The notes below the pieces were generated by a model. The model ran no database searches. It saw only the letters and a list, made by a program, of their open reading frames with translations, and was not told the DNA's origin. From Deltaproteobacteria bacterium (GTDB lineage Bacteria > Desulfobacterota > Dissulfuribacteria > Dissulfuribacterales > UBA3076): DNA of 37,801 bases. The stretch's first letter is position 1. Every line of letters begins with the position of its first letter. Below, in pieces: positions 8,621-17,476 of the stretch. Both the position numbers and the translations under genes were made by a program. The stretch is from positions 1 through 37,801 of the forward strand of contig PQXE01000014.1 in the NCBI GenBank assembly GCA_003194495.1, in the 5' to 3' direction.

Positions 8621-9571
8621 TCATAGGCCTGTAGCCGCAACTTGCTTCCTCACTGCCTCCACAGATTTTTGTAAGGCTTTCTGCTCATCCGGCGCAAGGG
8701 AAAACTCCAGGATACGTTCTACGCCGTTTCTCCCAAGCACCACAGGCACACCCAGGAATACGCCGCTAATACCAAATTCCCCCTCCAGATAGGCTGCGCA
8801 GGGTACCACCCTTTTTTCGTCTTTCAGGATGGATTGGGCCATCTCCACTGCGGCAAGACCAGGAGCGGAGAATGCGCTTCCTGTCTTGAGGTGCTGCACT
8901 ATCTCCGCACCTCCGTGTTGAGTGCGACGGACAATATTTTCAATTTCATCTTTGGACAAAAGCCCCTCTATGGGCACTCCCCCAACGCTTGCAAGCCTGA
9001 CAAGAGGTAGCATGTGGTCGCCGTGTACGCCCATTACAAGAGCTGTCACGTCCGAAGGAGCTACAGCCAAGGCCTGGGCAATAAATGTGCGGTACCTGGC
9101 GGAATCCAGGACACCTGCCATGCCCACAACCTGGTGTTTTGGAAATCCGGATACCTTAAAGACCGTATAGACCATGGCATCAATAGGATTCGTGACAACC
9201 ACCAGGCATGCGTCAGGGGAATATTTGACGATTTCCTCTGTAATCTCTCGAATGATCCGGACGTTTTTCTCTAAAAGGTCATCCCGGCTCATCCCCGGCT
9301 TGCGGGCAAGTCCGGCGGTTATGATGATTACGTCTGACTCGGCGGTATCAGCATAATCATCAGTGCCGATAATATTCCCTGCATATCCATATAACGGGGA
9401 TGTCTGGAAGAGATCCAGGGCCTTTCCATGAGGGAGACCCGCTACGACGTCCAATAGTACTATGGTGTCTGCAATGGATCTGCATACAGCCCACTGGGCA
9501 GCCGCTGTTCCCACTGCTCCTGCACCTATGATACTCAGTTTCTTTTTCCGGTTATTTTTTTTCATAGCCAT
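8621..9571 (-). CDS. mdh: Malate dehydrogenase (LDH-like)
   Basis: GAGAVG, TAGLARKPGMSRDDLL (Arg specificity loop), NPID, LDSAR, HGD. Confidence 0.93.
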   Translation of the reverse strand: MAMKKNNRKKKLSIIGAGAVGTAAAQWAVCRSIADTIVLLDVVAGLPHGKALDLFQTSPLYGYAGNIIGTDDYADTAESDVIIITAGLARKPGMSRDDLLEKNVRIIREITEEIVKYSPDACLVVVTNPIDAMVYTVFKVSGFPKHQVVGMAGVLDSARYRTFIAQALAVAPSDVTALVMGVHGDHMLPLVRLASVGGVPIEGLLSKDEIENIVRRTQHGGAEIVQHLKTGSAFSAPGLAAVEMAQSILKDEKRVVPCAAYLEGEFGISGVFLGVPVVLGRNGVERILEFSLAPDEQKALQKSVEAVRKQVAATGL

Positions 9572-9692
9572 ATATTGCCGACATACTGCCTTTGTCGGGT
9601 TGCTCCTCTACTCAATCGTTATTAATACCTAAATTGAGCTATTAGCTTAATGATTACAGGATGTTCTGCTATTACAAAATTAGGTATTAGCT

Positions 9693-9728
9693 GTTCATCA
9701 CGGATTACCACACTAATCCGTGATGAAC
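9693..9728. repeat. Perfect 15-bp inverted repeat (REP-like hairpin)
   Basis: GTTCATCACGGATTA-ccacac-TAATCCGTGATGAAC. Confidence 0.85.
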
Positions 9729-10086
9729 CATTTTCCAAAGCTAAACGCTAATGGCTAATCGCTCGATTAAAATTATACTCAAGATCGAACTGTATTACCA
9801 GTGCCACGACTACCTCTGCAAACAAACTTCCAACTCTCAGACTTCGTCCCTCAGACACACCCATGCTTTTTACCTTATCGGACGTATGGCCTGATATTTA
9901 ATCAAAAATGCCATCTTCTTGGTTTTTGGCGTTTTTTTAAAATTCAAAAAGCAGATTCTGCTTTAATGTTGGTATTGCGCTGTGCTCGTCTCCAATATAT
10001 ATTGGAGCAGAAATGCCCAGCGCTCACAAGAGTCCCTTTTACACGCTGGTCATTCTGCTCAACTCGCCTATTTTGAAAGGAGAATT

Positions 10087-10530
10087 ATGAAAATCAATAT
10101 TACAAAGAAAGAATATAAATCATTGTTGGATATTTTCTCTATTGGTGATTGGATTCTCAACGCTCATAAGGTTGGCAATGACCCGGAAACGGAAGAATAT
10201 GAAAAACTTGAGCAAAAATTCTATTCATATGCGGAAGATATGGGGTATGGTGATCTTATTACATATGACACAAAACTCAAACGATTTTTCCCAACCAAAA
10301 AATTTGATGAAACCAGTAAATACAGAGACCTCATTGATGAATTTGAGAATGATACATTTTGGGACGAATTGATACACCGTCTAGTAGAGAGAGATCTTAT
10401 AAAGCAGGAAGGTGGCGTAAAAAATATAATGAATATGAATTTTAGAGAAAGGCTTGAGAAGGAAGAACCATTAGAAAAAAAGTATGCTACTGAATTTGAG
10501 GCCAACGGTTTAGAGAATATTAGGATATGA
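10087..10530 (+). CDS. Hypothetical acidic protein (147 aa)
   Basis: GAAAGGAG RBS before ATG 10087; AT-rich open frame MKINITKKEYKSLL...; no recognisable motif. Confidence 0.75.
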   Translation: MKINITKKEYKSLLDIFSIGDWILNAHKVGNDPETEEYEKLEQKFYSYAEDMGYGDLITYDTKLKRFFPTKKFDETSKYRDLIDEFENDTFWDELIHRLVERDLIKQEGGVKNIMNMNFRERLEKEEPLEKKYATEFEANGLENIRI

Positions 10531-10703
10531 CATGAAGATATCACTTGATTCCTCTGAAAAAACAAACACCCAATACCGAACATTCAACAGCTATTTCTGT
10601 TTCTTTATCTTTTCTCATTCAACATTCGATGTTGGAAGTTCGATGTTCATTACTAAAATTAGTTCCCCAACAAAGATCACGATGAGTAGGGGACGGTTTC
10701 CCT

Positions 10704-11342
10704 CTATGTGACAAGTCCACTTGATGGATTTTGGTTTTTCCCTTCATTGAGAGACCAGATACATTCCAGAAGGCGTTGCGGAGCCTGAATGCCATGGTCA
10801 GCGATCAGGCGCTTGGCTGCTTCATTAGAGGAATGAGGTGTCGGATCCATCTGTCTGAGAAACCCTGTAAGATCCTCCACTACTGCCCAGGGATAGATGA
10901 TCCATCGCCATTTGACTATCTTCTGGCCGTAATAATCCGGAATAAGAGGTGAGCTGGTCTTGTGCTGGATCACAGCCGTTCGCACCTCATCCGGGTGTTG
11001 CTGGAGGAGATAAGTTAAAGCGGTTCGGAGCGTATCACCGGTGTCAGTGACATCATCCACAACCAGTATTTTCTGACCGGAGATATCTATATTCAATGGG
11101 AAACGAAGAAGTGCAGCATTATGCTTTTGCGCCCCCATGCCCCAATGCTCGATTTTTATAGCCGTGAGGTCAGTGATTTCCAGAAAGTCGCATACAATAC
11201 GGGCAGGAACATAGCCTCCCCGGCCAATGGCCACAACGAGGTCAGGTCGAAAGGCGGTTTTAAGAATTTTGAGACTGAGGCGACGGGTTAATTCATAGGT
11301 CTTGGCCCAGGAAATAAGGTCACATTTGAAACGCTTGGGCAT
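10704..11342 (-). CDS. Type I phosphoribosyltransferase (purine PRTase-like)
   Basis: PDLVVAIGRGG, PRPP motif ILVVDDVTDTGDT, PDYY, WIIYPW; start moved to MPKRF (AAGGA RBS). Confidence 0.88.
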   Translation of the reverse strand: MPKRFKCDLISWAKTYELTRRLSLKILKTAFRPDLVVAIGRGGYVPARIVCDFLEITDLTAIKIEHWGMGAQKHNAALLRFPLNIDISGQKILVVDDVTDTGDTLRTALTYLLQQHPDEVRTAVIQHKTSSPLIPDYYGQKIVKWRWIIYPWAVVEDLTGFLRQMDPTPHSSNEAAKRLIADHGIQAPQRLLECIWSLNEGKNQNPSSGLVT

Positions 11343-11355
11343 GGGTGGTTTCCTT

Positions 11356-12615
11356 TTATTTCCCCTGCAGATTCTTTGATATCGCAATGTAAAAAGTGGT
11401 TCCTTTCTCTGGTCCCGGCTCTGCCCAAGCCTCTCCTCCATGCCTCTCTGCCACCTCTTTCACAATGGCAAGGCCCAAACCAGCACCTGCGGTCCCTTGA
11501 GAGGTCTTCTCCCGCTGATAGACCCGAAAGATTTTTTTATACTGATCCTTTTTAATTCCAACACCATCATCGCCCACAGAAAGGATATGAAAATTTTTAT
11601 CTTTTCTGTAGCCGATCTTGATTTCGCTTAAGTTATCTCCGCCGTACTTGAGCGCATTGTCAACAAGATTGCGCAGGACCCTGGTGATTGCAAGTCTGTC
11701 TGCCTTGACTATATGATCTTTTTTAGGCTTGATCCAATGAATATGACGGCTTTCCAAAACAGAAGAAAATTCCTCCTTTAACTCACCTATTATTCCCCCA
11801 ATTCTGATATCTTCAATATCCAAAGGCGCAACCTTTGCCTGTACATATATATTTATTTTTTCAACAAGGGTTACTATTTGTTCAGATGTCTTTTGAATCT
11901 TCTCACAATAATCTCTACCCTTATCATCCAAAATGTGACCATATTTCTTGTTGAGGAGTTTGGAGATTCCATAGATTGCAATAGCAGGGCCTTTGAGATC
12001 ATGGGAGGTCGAGTAAGCGAAAAACTCGATCATGTTCTTTTTCTCAAGTAATTTATTTTTCTTTTTTAGAATATTTTCATAAAGCCCGGAGTTTTTTATT
12101 GCTACGGATATTTGATTTCCTATTACCTCAAGAAGGTCTATCATTTTTTGATCAAGCTTCATCACCTTACCGGATGCCAGGTTCATAACACCCACAACCT
12201 CACCGACTGCAATGAGGGGAACGCATATGATGATTTTGAAACCCTTACTTGTGAGCAGGGCGGCCCTTTCCTTATCCTCAAGCTCAGAAACGTGTTGAGC
12301 AATGAAAAAACGTGTCCTGGCGGCCTTTCCTGTAAAACCTTCCGTTATCCCAACATGTTCAAGACCTCCCGGGTCGGTTCCCCTGAATGCCGCCAAGTTC
12401 AAGTGACGCCCGCTCTTGTCCATCAAGTAGATCCTGCAGGCATCAAATTCGAAATGTTCGAGCATCTTAAATGCCGCCCCATTTAAAACATCATCGAGTT
12501 TCAGCGACGACGCCAGAAAGTTGCTGATGTCCAGTATGACAGAAAGCTCCTTATTCCTTTCTATCAAATCGGTTTCGCTGAAATCTATTGAGATATATTT
12601 TTTATCCCGTAACAT
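11356..12615 (-). CDS. Cytoplasmic GAF-domain sensor histidine kinase
   Basis: GAF (ICVPLIA..VVGVMNL), H-box FAYSTSHDLKGP, NLVDNALKY, DDGVG, GAGLGL; no TM segment. Confidence 0.88.
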   Translation of the reverse strand: MLRDKKYISIDFSETDLIERNKELSVILDISNFLASSLKLDDVLNGAAFKMLEHFEFDACRIYLMDKSGRHLNLAAFRGTDPGGLEHVGITEGFTGKAARTRFFIAQHVSELEDKERAALLTSKGFKIIICVPLIAVGEVVGVMNLASGKVMKLDQKMIDLLEVIGNQISVAIKNSGLYENILKKKNKLLEKKNMIEFFAYSTSHDLKGPAIAIYGISKLLNKKYGHILDDKGRDYCEKIQKTSEQIVTLVEKINIYVQAKVAPLDIEDIRIGGIIGELKEEFSSVLESRHIHWIKPKKDHIVKADRLAITRVLRNLVDNALKYGGDNLSEIKIGYRKDKNFHILSVGDDGVGIKKDQYKKIFRVYQREKTSQGTAGAGLGLAIVKEVAERHGGEAWAEPGPEKGTTFYIAISKNLQGK

Positions 12616-12644
12616 CGGCAGTCTTTTTCATAAATGGACAAAAT

Positions 12645-14123
12645 TTAGTGCCCTGGCTTTATTGTCCAGGTGGTTCCTTCAGGCCCGTCCTTAAGAGTTA
12701 TCCCCTTGGCTCCGAGTTCATCCCTGATCCTGTCTGCACTAGCCCAATCTTTTTTCTCTCTGGCCCTGGTCCGCTCCTCAACAACCTTCAACACATCGGA
12801 CTCTGTCATACCAAGAAGGCCCAGTGCCTCAAGGTTCCTCTTTCTAAGATAAGCATCCGGGTCTTGATTGAGTAACCCCAGCACCCTGGCGGCATCCTGG
12901 ATTGCATCTGCTCCGAATTTCAAAGGTCCTATGTAAAGGACCGAGGGCCTCTTTTCGGCTTCTTGGCCAAGACGATTTAAAACCCTAACACCATCAAAGA
13001 GGTGTCCAAGGGCCTGTGCGGTATTGAAATCATCATCCATGGCCTGGTCAAATCCATCTTTCAGATGATTAAGTGTATCTATTGCCTTCCCTGCCTCATC
13101 AGTGAGGGGCCGTTGTTTCTTCATCGGTTTATCAGACTGATGCCTTGCCTCGGAAAGGGCTGTATAGCATCGATCAAGAGCGGATGTCGTCTCGGTCAGG
13201 GCCTCAGGGCTGTAATCAAGGGGACTGCGGTAATGCTTGGACAGGAGAAAAAGCCTCAGGACCTCCGGATGATATTTTCCCAGGATCTCCTGGATGGTTA
13301 CAAAATTTCCAAGGGACTTTGACATCTTCTCGCTGCGGATCGTTACAAAACCATTATGCATCCAGAAACGGACAAAGGTCTTTTCTGTTGCCGCCTCGGA
13401 TTGGGCACGCTCGTTTTCATGGTGTGGAAATATAAGATCCAGACCGCCGCCATGAATATCCAGGGTCGGCCCCAGATACTTCATGCTCATGGCTGAGCAC
13501 TCTATATGCCATCCCGGCCTGCCTGGTCCCCATGGACTATCCCATTTGGGCTCACCTGGTTTTTCAGCCTTCCATAGCGCAAAATCCATGGGGTCTTTTT
13601 TCTGTTCTCCCACGGCTATCCTGGCTCCGGCCCGCATTTCTTCTACATTTCTTCTGGACAAGGCTCCGTAGCCGGGGAAGCTACGCACAGAGAAGTAGAC
13701 ATCACCTCCAGAAACATAAGCCCGGCCTTTATCTATCAATGTCTCTATGAGTTCTATGATTTCCCGAATGTGTTCTGTTGCCCTCGGTTCTGTAGTAGCA
13801 CGAAGCACACCCAGTGCATCAGTATCCTGGTAAAAGTGTTTTATCTCTCTTTCTGCAAGGGCCTCAGGAGAAATTCCTTCCTCAATGGCCCTGTTGATGA
13901 TCTTGTCATCAATGTCAGTAAAATTCCTTATGAAATTTACATCAAATCCTCTATGCCTGAGGTGCCGGAGTACTGCGTCAAAGACTATGGCTGAACGGGC
14001 ATGCCCAATGTGACAGCGGTCATAGGCCGTTATGCCGCATACATACATGCGCACATATCCTGAAGTCAGGGGCTCAAAGGCCTCCTTTTTCCGGGTAAAT
14101 GTATTGTAGATTTTTATAGTCAT
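12645..14123 (-). CDS. cysS: Cysteine--tRNA ligase
   Basis: YVCGITAYD, HIGH, GRPGWHIECSAM, FPHHENE, KMSKS. Confidence 0.97.
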   Translation of the reverse strand: MTIKIYNTFTRKKEAFEPLTSGYVRMYVCGITAYDRCHIGHARSAIVFDAVLRHLRHRGFDVNFIRNFTDIDDKIINRAIEEGISPEALAEREIKHFYQDTDALGVLRATTEPRATEHIREIIELIETLIDKGRAYVSGGDVYFSVRSFPGYGALSRRNVEEMRAGARIAVGEQKKDPMDFALWKAEKPGEPKWDSPWGPGRPGWHIECSAMSMKYLGPTLDIHGGGLDLIFPHHENERAQSEAATEKTFVRFWMHNGFVTIRSEKMSKSLGNFVTIQEILGKYHPEVLRLFLLSKHYRSPLDYSPEALTETTSALDRCYTALSEARHQSDKPMKKQRPLTDEAGKAIDTLNHLKDGFDQAMDDDFNTAQALGHLFDGVRVLNRLGQEAEKRPSVLYIGPLKFGADAIQDAARVLGLLNQDPDAYLRKRNLEALGLLGMTESDVLKVVEERTRAREKKDWASADRIRDELGAKGITLKDGPEGTTWTIKPGH

Positions 14124-14438
14124 GATGATTAAAAGGCGGTTGCGTTAAGCTTCAAGCAGTCAAGCAGAGAATTTTAAGTCGGATTCAAGGCACATAAGTA
14201 ATATATTGATTTCAATTTTTCAATTAGGGATTGATAAATTGAACGTTTTTTTTGGATAGTAATGCGAAAATCCTTGAATCTCTCAATTCCTGAATCTAAT
14301 ATGTTAAATTTGATAGTATAGGAATTTCCATTTAAGAAGCATGTTTTTTTGATGTCTTGAGGATTTAGGGACCGGAATACTTATCTGGGAGACTATGGGA
14401 ACAATGTTTTTTTTACAAATTTTAATCAAAGGTGACAT

Positions 14439-15224
14439 ATGCTTAAAGCAGGAATTTTTTTGGATATTGAAAATTTGGTACGATGCGGGGGCTGGGGAAT
14501 CAGATACCGCGTTGTTAGAGAGTTGGTAGAGGCTCAGGGAGCCACGGTACTACGGGCAAATGCCTACATGGCAATCGATTCGGAGCGGGAAGAAAAGGAC
14601 ATCGACTATAAGAGGAAAAAACAAGAGTATCGAGAAGCGGTCAGACGTGAAAGTTTCCACTTAGTTTTAAAGAAAGTCCAGCGCTATAGAAATTCTGAAG
14701 GAGATATTATTACCAAAGCAAATGCTGACCTTGATCTTGCAATAGACGCATTATTGCAGGCAGATAACCTGGATTACATACTATTAGGCAGCGGTGATGG
14801 TGATTTTTTCAGGCTTGTGCGGGCACTTCAGAACAGAGGAAAGCGAGTCGATCTCCTCTCTTTCTCCAACACGAGTGAAATTCTCAGGTGTGAAGTTGAT
14901 AACCATTTTTCCGGATACCTGGTTCCCGGACTCTTGCCATCCATAGACAATTCGTCGCGTGTACGCGGTATAATGCATGTCTTTAACGAGGAAAAAGGAT
15001 TTGCGTTTCTGGCTGTACGAACCGATCTTGGCGTCTTGGATATTCGTGACGATGTCTTTTGCCATATCAGCGATTTCAGGCACAGAGACGGACGTGTTGT
15101 GACTGATCAGTCCTTTGCTCAATTAAAGACCAGGCAGAAGATTATTGAATTCGAACTTGTTGAACGTAGTGATGGTAAGGTAAAAGCAGTTAATGCCACC
15201 GAGTTTGAACCGGAAGTGAGGTGA
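14439..15224 (+). CDS. NYN (LabA/DUF88) domain protein with C-terminal cold-shock-like domain
   Basis: IFLDIEN, KANADLDLAID and SGDGDF..LV..LQ.RGKRV (NYN acidic motifs); FNEEKGFAFL and DVFCHISD (RNP1/RNP2-like), ending VKAVNA. Confidence 0.85.
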   Translation: MLKAGIFLDIENLVRCGGWGIRYRVVRELVEAQGATVLRANAYMAIDSEREEKDIDYKRKKQEYREAVRRESFHLVLKKVQRYRNSEGDIITKANADLDLAIDALLQADNLDYILLGSGDGDFFRLVRALQNRGKRVDLLSFSNTSEILRCEVDNHFSGYLVPGLLPSIDNSSRVRGIMHVFNEEKGFAFLAVRTDLGVLDIRDDVFCHISDFRHRDGRVVTDQSFAQLKTRQKIIEFELVERSDGKVKAVNATEFEPEVR

Positions 15225-15392
15225 GCCGAAGGGTCGGCATCAGTATCTCCCCCGAACCGGCAATATACAAAAACAGGACTACCATGACAATTGTTGTTGA
15301 ATGTCTGAATTTTTGTTTAATATCACATGTTTTTGTTTAATTTTATCCGGGTTAGGAAATTTTCCTGAAATAATCTGTTATCATGCAGGTCT

Positions 15393-16529
15393 ATGAAAGA
15401 AGAAAATATAGAAATGGCGAGCGATCAGGAACAGAATAATGGACCTGATGCCCCGGCATCAGACCTCAAAGAACCGAACAGCAGCAACGGGGTTAAGGAA
15501 GAAACATCCAGAGTACTTATCGCGGTCCGCTTCAGGCCGAAATGGCCTCCATCCCACTACAATGCGGGCAATATTCCGGTAATGGATGCAGAGTGGGTAG
15601 TGGTGCCCACGGAACACGGAGTCGAGGTTGGCCAGGTACTCGGACGTCCCGTAGTGATCAAAATGCCCATGAAGGTCCTTTCTCCCAAGGTGGAGCGTTT
15701 GGCCAGCACCCATGAAATAGAACTCTACTATCGGAATCTGGATCGGGAAAAGGACGCCCGGGATGTCTGCGCAGAGCGTGTTCGTGCCCTGGGTCTTTCC
15801 ATGAAGCTAGTCAGGGTGGAGAGCTTTTTCGATGGAAGCAAGGTCATTTTTTACTATTCTGCAGAGGGCAGAGTAGATTTCAGGGAATTGGTAAAGGACT
15901 TGGTAAAGACCCTGCGGACAAGAGTTGAAATGCGTCAGATAGGCATAAGACACGAGACCAAAATGATAGGAGGAGTAGGAATCTGTGGTCGGGAGTTCTG
16001 TTGTGCCAGCTTTCTTCAGGGTTTTGATCCTGTATCCATAAAAATGGCCAAAACCCAGAATCTCCCTTTGAATCCAAACAAAATATCTGGAATTTGCGGT
16101 AGATTGCTATGCTGTCTTACCTATGAGCATGGAATATATCTGGAATCGGCCAAAGGCATGCCCCTTCTTGGAAAATTTTGTGATACTCCTGCCGGGCAAG
16201 GTAAAGTAGTGCGCCAAGACATCCTGAGCCGGACAGTCACAGTGGTTCTTTCTGATAATACGCAACTGGATTTTAAAATTTCTGAGCTTGAGCAACATCG
16301 TTTGCAGCAAAAGAAAAAACCCAAATCTTCAGCCGCCCATTCACCAAAGCAGAAGCGATCCGGAAGTAAACCAGGGACGGAGAAAAAGAGGCAGGAGCAT
16401 TCAACTGCATCTAAAGATAATGCCACCTGTCCCAAGGATAGAACTAAAGAGAAGGATTTAAAAACAAAGGGAAAGAATAGGCGTAATAAGGGAAGACGCT
16501 CGCCATCCAAGGCCAAAAAAAACAAGTAA
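15393..16529 (+). CDS. ricT: PSP1/YaaT (RicT) family protein with basic low-complexity tail
   Basis: FYYSAEGRVDFRELVKDL, RQIGIR, GICGREFCC, KISGICGRLLCCLTYE. Confidence 0.92.
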   Translation: MKEENIEMASDQEQNNGPDAPASDLKEPNSSNGVKEETSRVLIAVRFRPKWPPSHYNAGNIPVMDAEWVVVPTEHGVEVGQVLGRPVVIKMPMKVLSPKVERLASTHEIELYYRNLDREKDARDVCAERVRALGLSMKLVRVESFFDGSKVIFYYSAEGRVDFRELVKDLVKTLRTRVEMRQIGIRHETKMIGGVGICGREFCCASFLQGFDPVSIKMAKTQNLPLNPNKISGICGRLLCCLTYEHGIYLESAKGMPLLGKFCDTPAGQGKVVRQDILSRTVTVVLSDNTQLDFKISELEQHRLQQKKKPKSSAAHSPKQKRSGSKPGTEKKRQEHSTASKDNATCPKDRTKEKDLKTKGKNRRNKGRRSPSKAKKNK

Positions 16530-16570
16530 CCGTTCATGGGTTCAAAGGGGCAGGGGGCAAGGCGGGAAGG

Positions 16571-16740
16571 CATCTTCCCAACCGCCAATTGACAAAATAA
16601 CCTGGGTGTTGGGCTAACAAGCCTTGGACACCTTGCGGGTCCTGCTACTTGACCTCAGTTCCGTGATTCCTTCACCTTTCTCAATTGATCTGGCAAGGGA
16701 ACTCAGGCTCTTTATCTTTGATGATAAACGCAGTATCTCC
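16571..16740 (-). pseudogene. Fragment resembling the C-terminal region of a REP-associated (RAYT/Y1) transposase
   Basis: Manual translation EILRLSSKIKSLSSLARSIEKGEGITELRSSSRTRKVSKA, a 16-bp interruption, then RLFCQLAVGKM. Resembles the EL.S.SR...VS.AR...C.LAV segment recalled from such proteins; recognition from memory only. Confidence 0.5.
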
Positions 16741-16815
16741 TTTTGTAACTAATCAGGTATTTAGGTTAAAGGCTGAAGGATTTCAACCAGTTCGCAACGA
16801 TCGAATGCCCAGCTC

Positions 16816-16844
16816 TTGACATACTACATTATGAAAACTATAAT
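16816..16844 (+). promoter_or_regulatory. Consensus sigma-70 promoter
   Basis: TTGACA-17 bp-TATAAT, 30 bp upstream of the antitoxin ATG. Confidence 0.85.
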
Positions 16845-16874
16845 GGTCATAAAAATTACCAAAAGGAAATATAA

Positions 16875-17144
16875 ATGGAAGATTTTCAGCAGATTTTACC
16901 GGTCACCAAAGTAAAGAGGAATCTTCTCGATATTCTTAAGCATATGGAAGAAGAAGAGGCAACCATCGCTCTTACCAGAAATGGTGAGCCAGTAGGAGTA
17001 ATGATGCCTCTTTCCCGGTATGAAGCACTCCTGGAATCCATTGATATACTGTGTAATAAAGAAATTCTCCACTCTTTGGAAAAATCGAAAAAAGACTTCG
17101 AGTCAGGTAGGGTTTTCTCACATGAGGAGGTCTGTAAAGATTAA
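16875..17144 (+). CDS. Phd/YefM family antitoxin
   Basis: ILPVTKVKRNLLDIL...IALTRNGEPVGVMM...YEALLES, ending SHEEV; TAATG overlap with the next gene. Confidence 0.88.
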   Translation: MEDFQQILPVTKVKRNLLDILKHMEEEEATIALTRNGEPVGVMMPLSRYEALLESIDILCNKEILHSLEKSKKDFESGRVFSHEEVCKD

Positions 17145-17393
17145 TGACCTATCGCCTTCTGTATTCCCAAGCTTCCCGTGAGCAGATGAGATCTCTTCAT
17201 CCTCAAATAAAACCAATTATTAAGACACTCATTCAAAAACTCAGGGAGAGCCCTTATTTGGGCAAGGCCCTTGAACAAAAACTTTCGGGTTATTTATAAA
17301 ATCGACCACATGAACCATATCGCCCAGATTCATTATATTGGTCATCGGAAAGATATTTATGAGGTCTTCAAGGAATTCCTCGCTAAGGGATAA
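17144..17393 (+). pseudogene. RelE/ParE family toxin, frameshifted
   Basis: Frame 1 MTYRLLYS...PYLGKALEQKLSGYL* (stop 17297-17299); frame 2 FRVIYKIDH...IHYIGHRKDIYE...* (17391-17393). Confidence 0.85.
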
Positions 17394-17476
17394 TTTTCTC
17401 ATCTTCCTTTTGGCTTATCTACTTTCGTCGGGCGCTTTGTAGATATGATGTTATGGCCACAAATAAAGACTAAACA

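Noticed and set aside
17447-17456. GATGTTATGG match to class 1 attI1 sequence
   Set aside because: Only 10 bp; the rest of attI1 and intI1 are absent, and the match is explained by the cassette's own core site.
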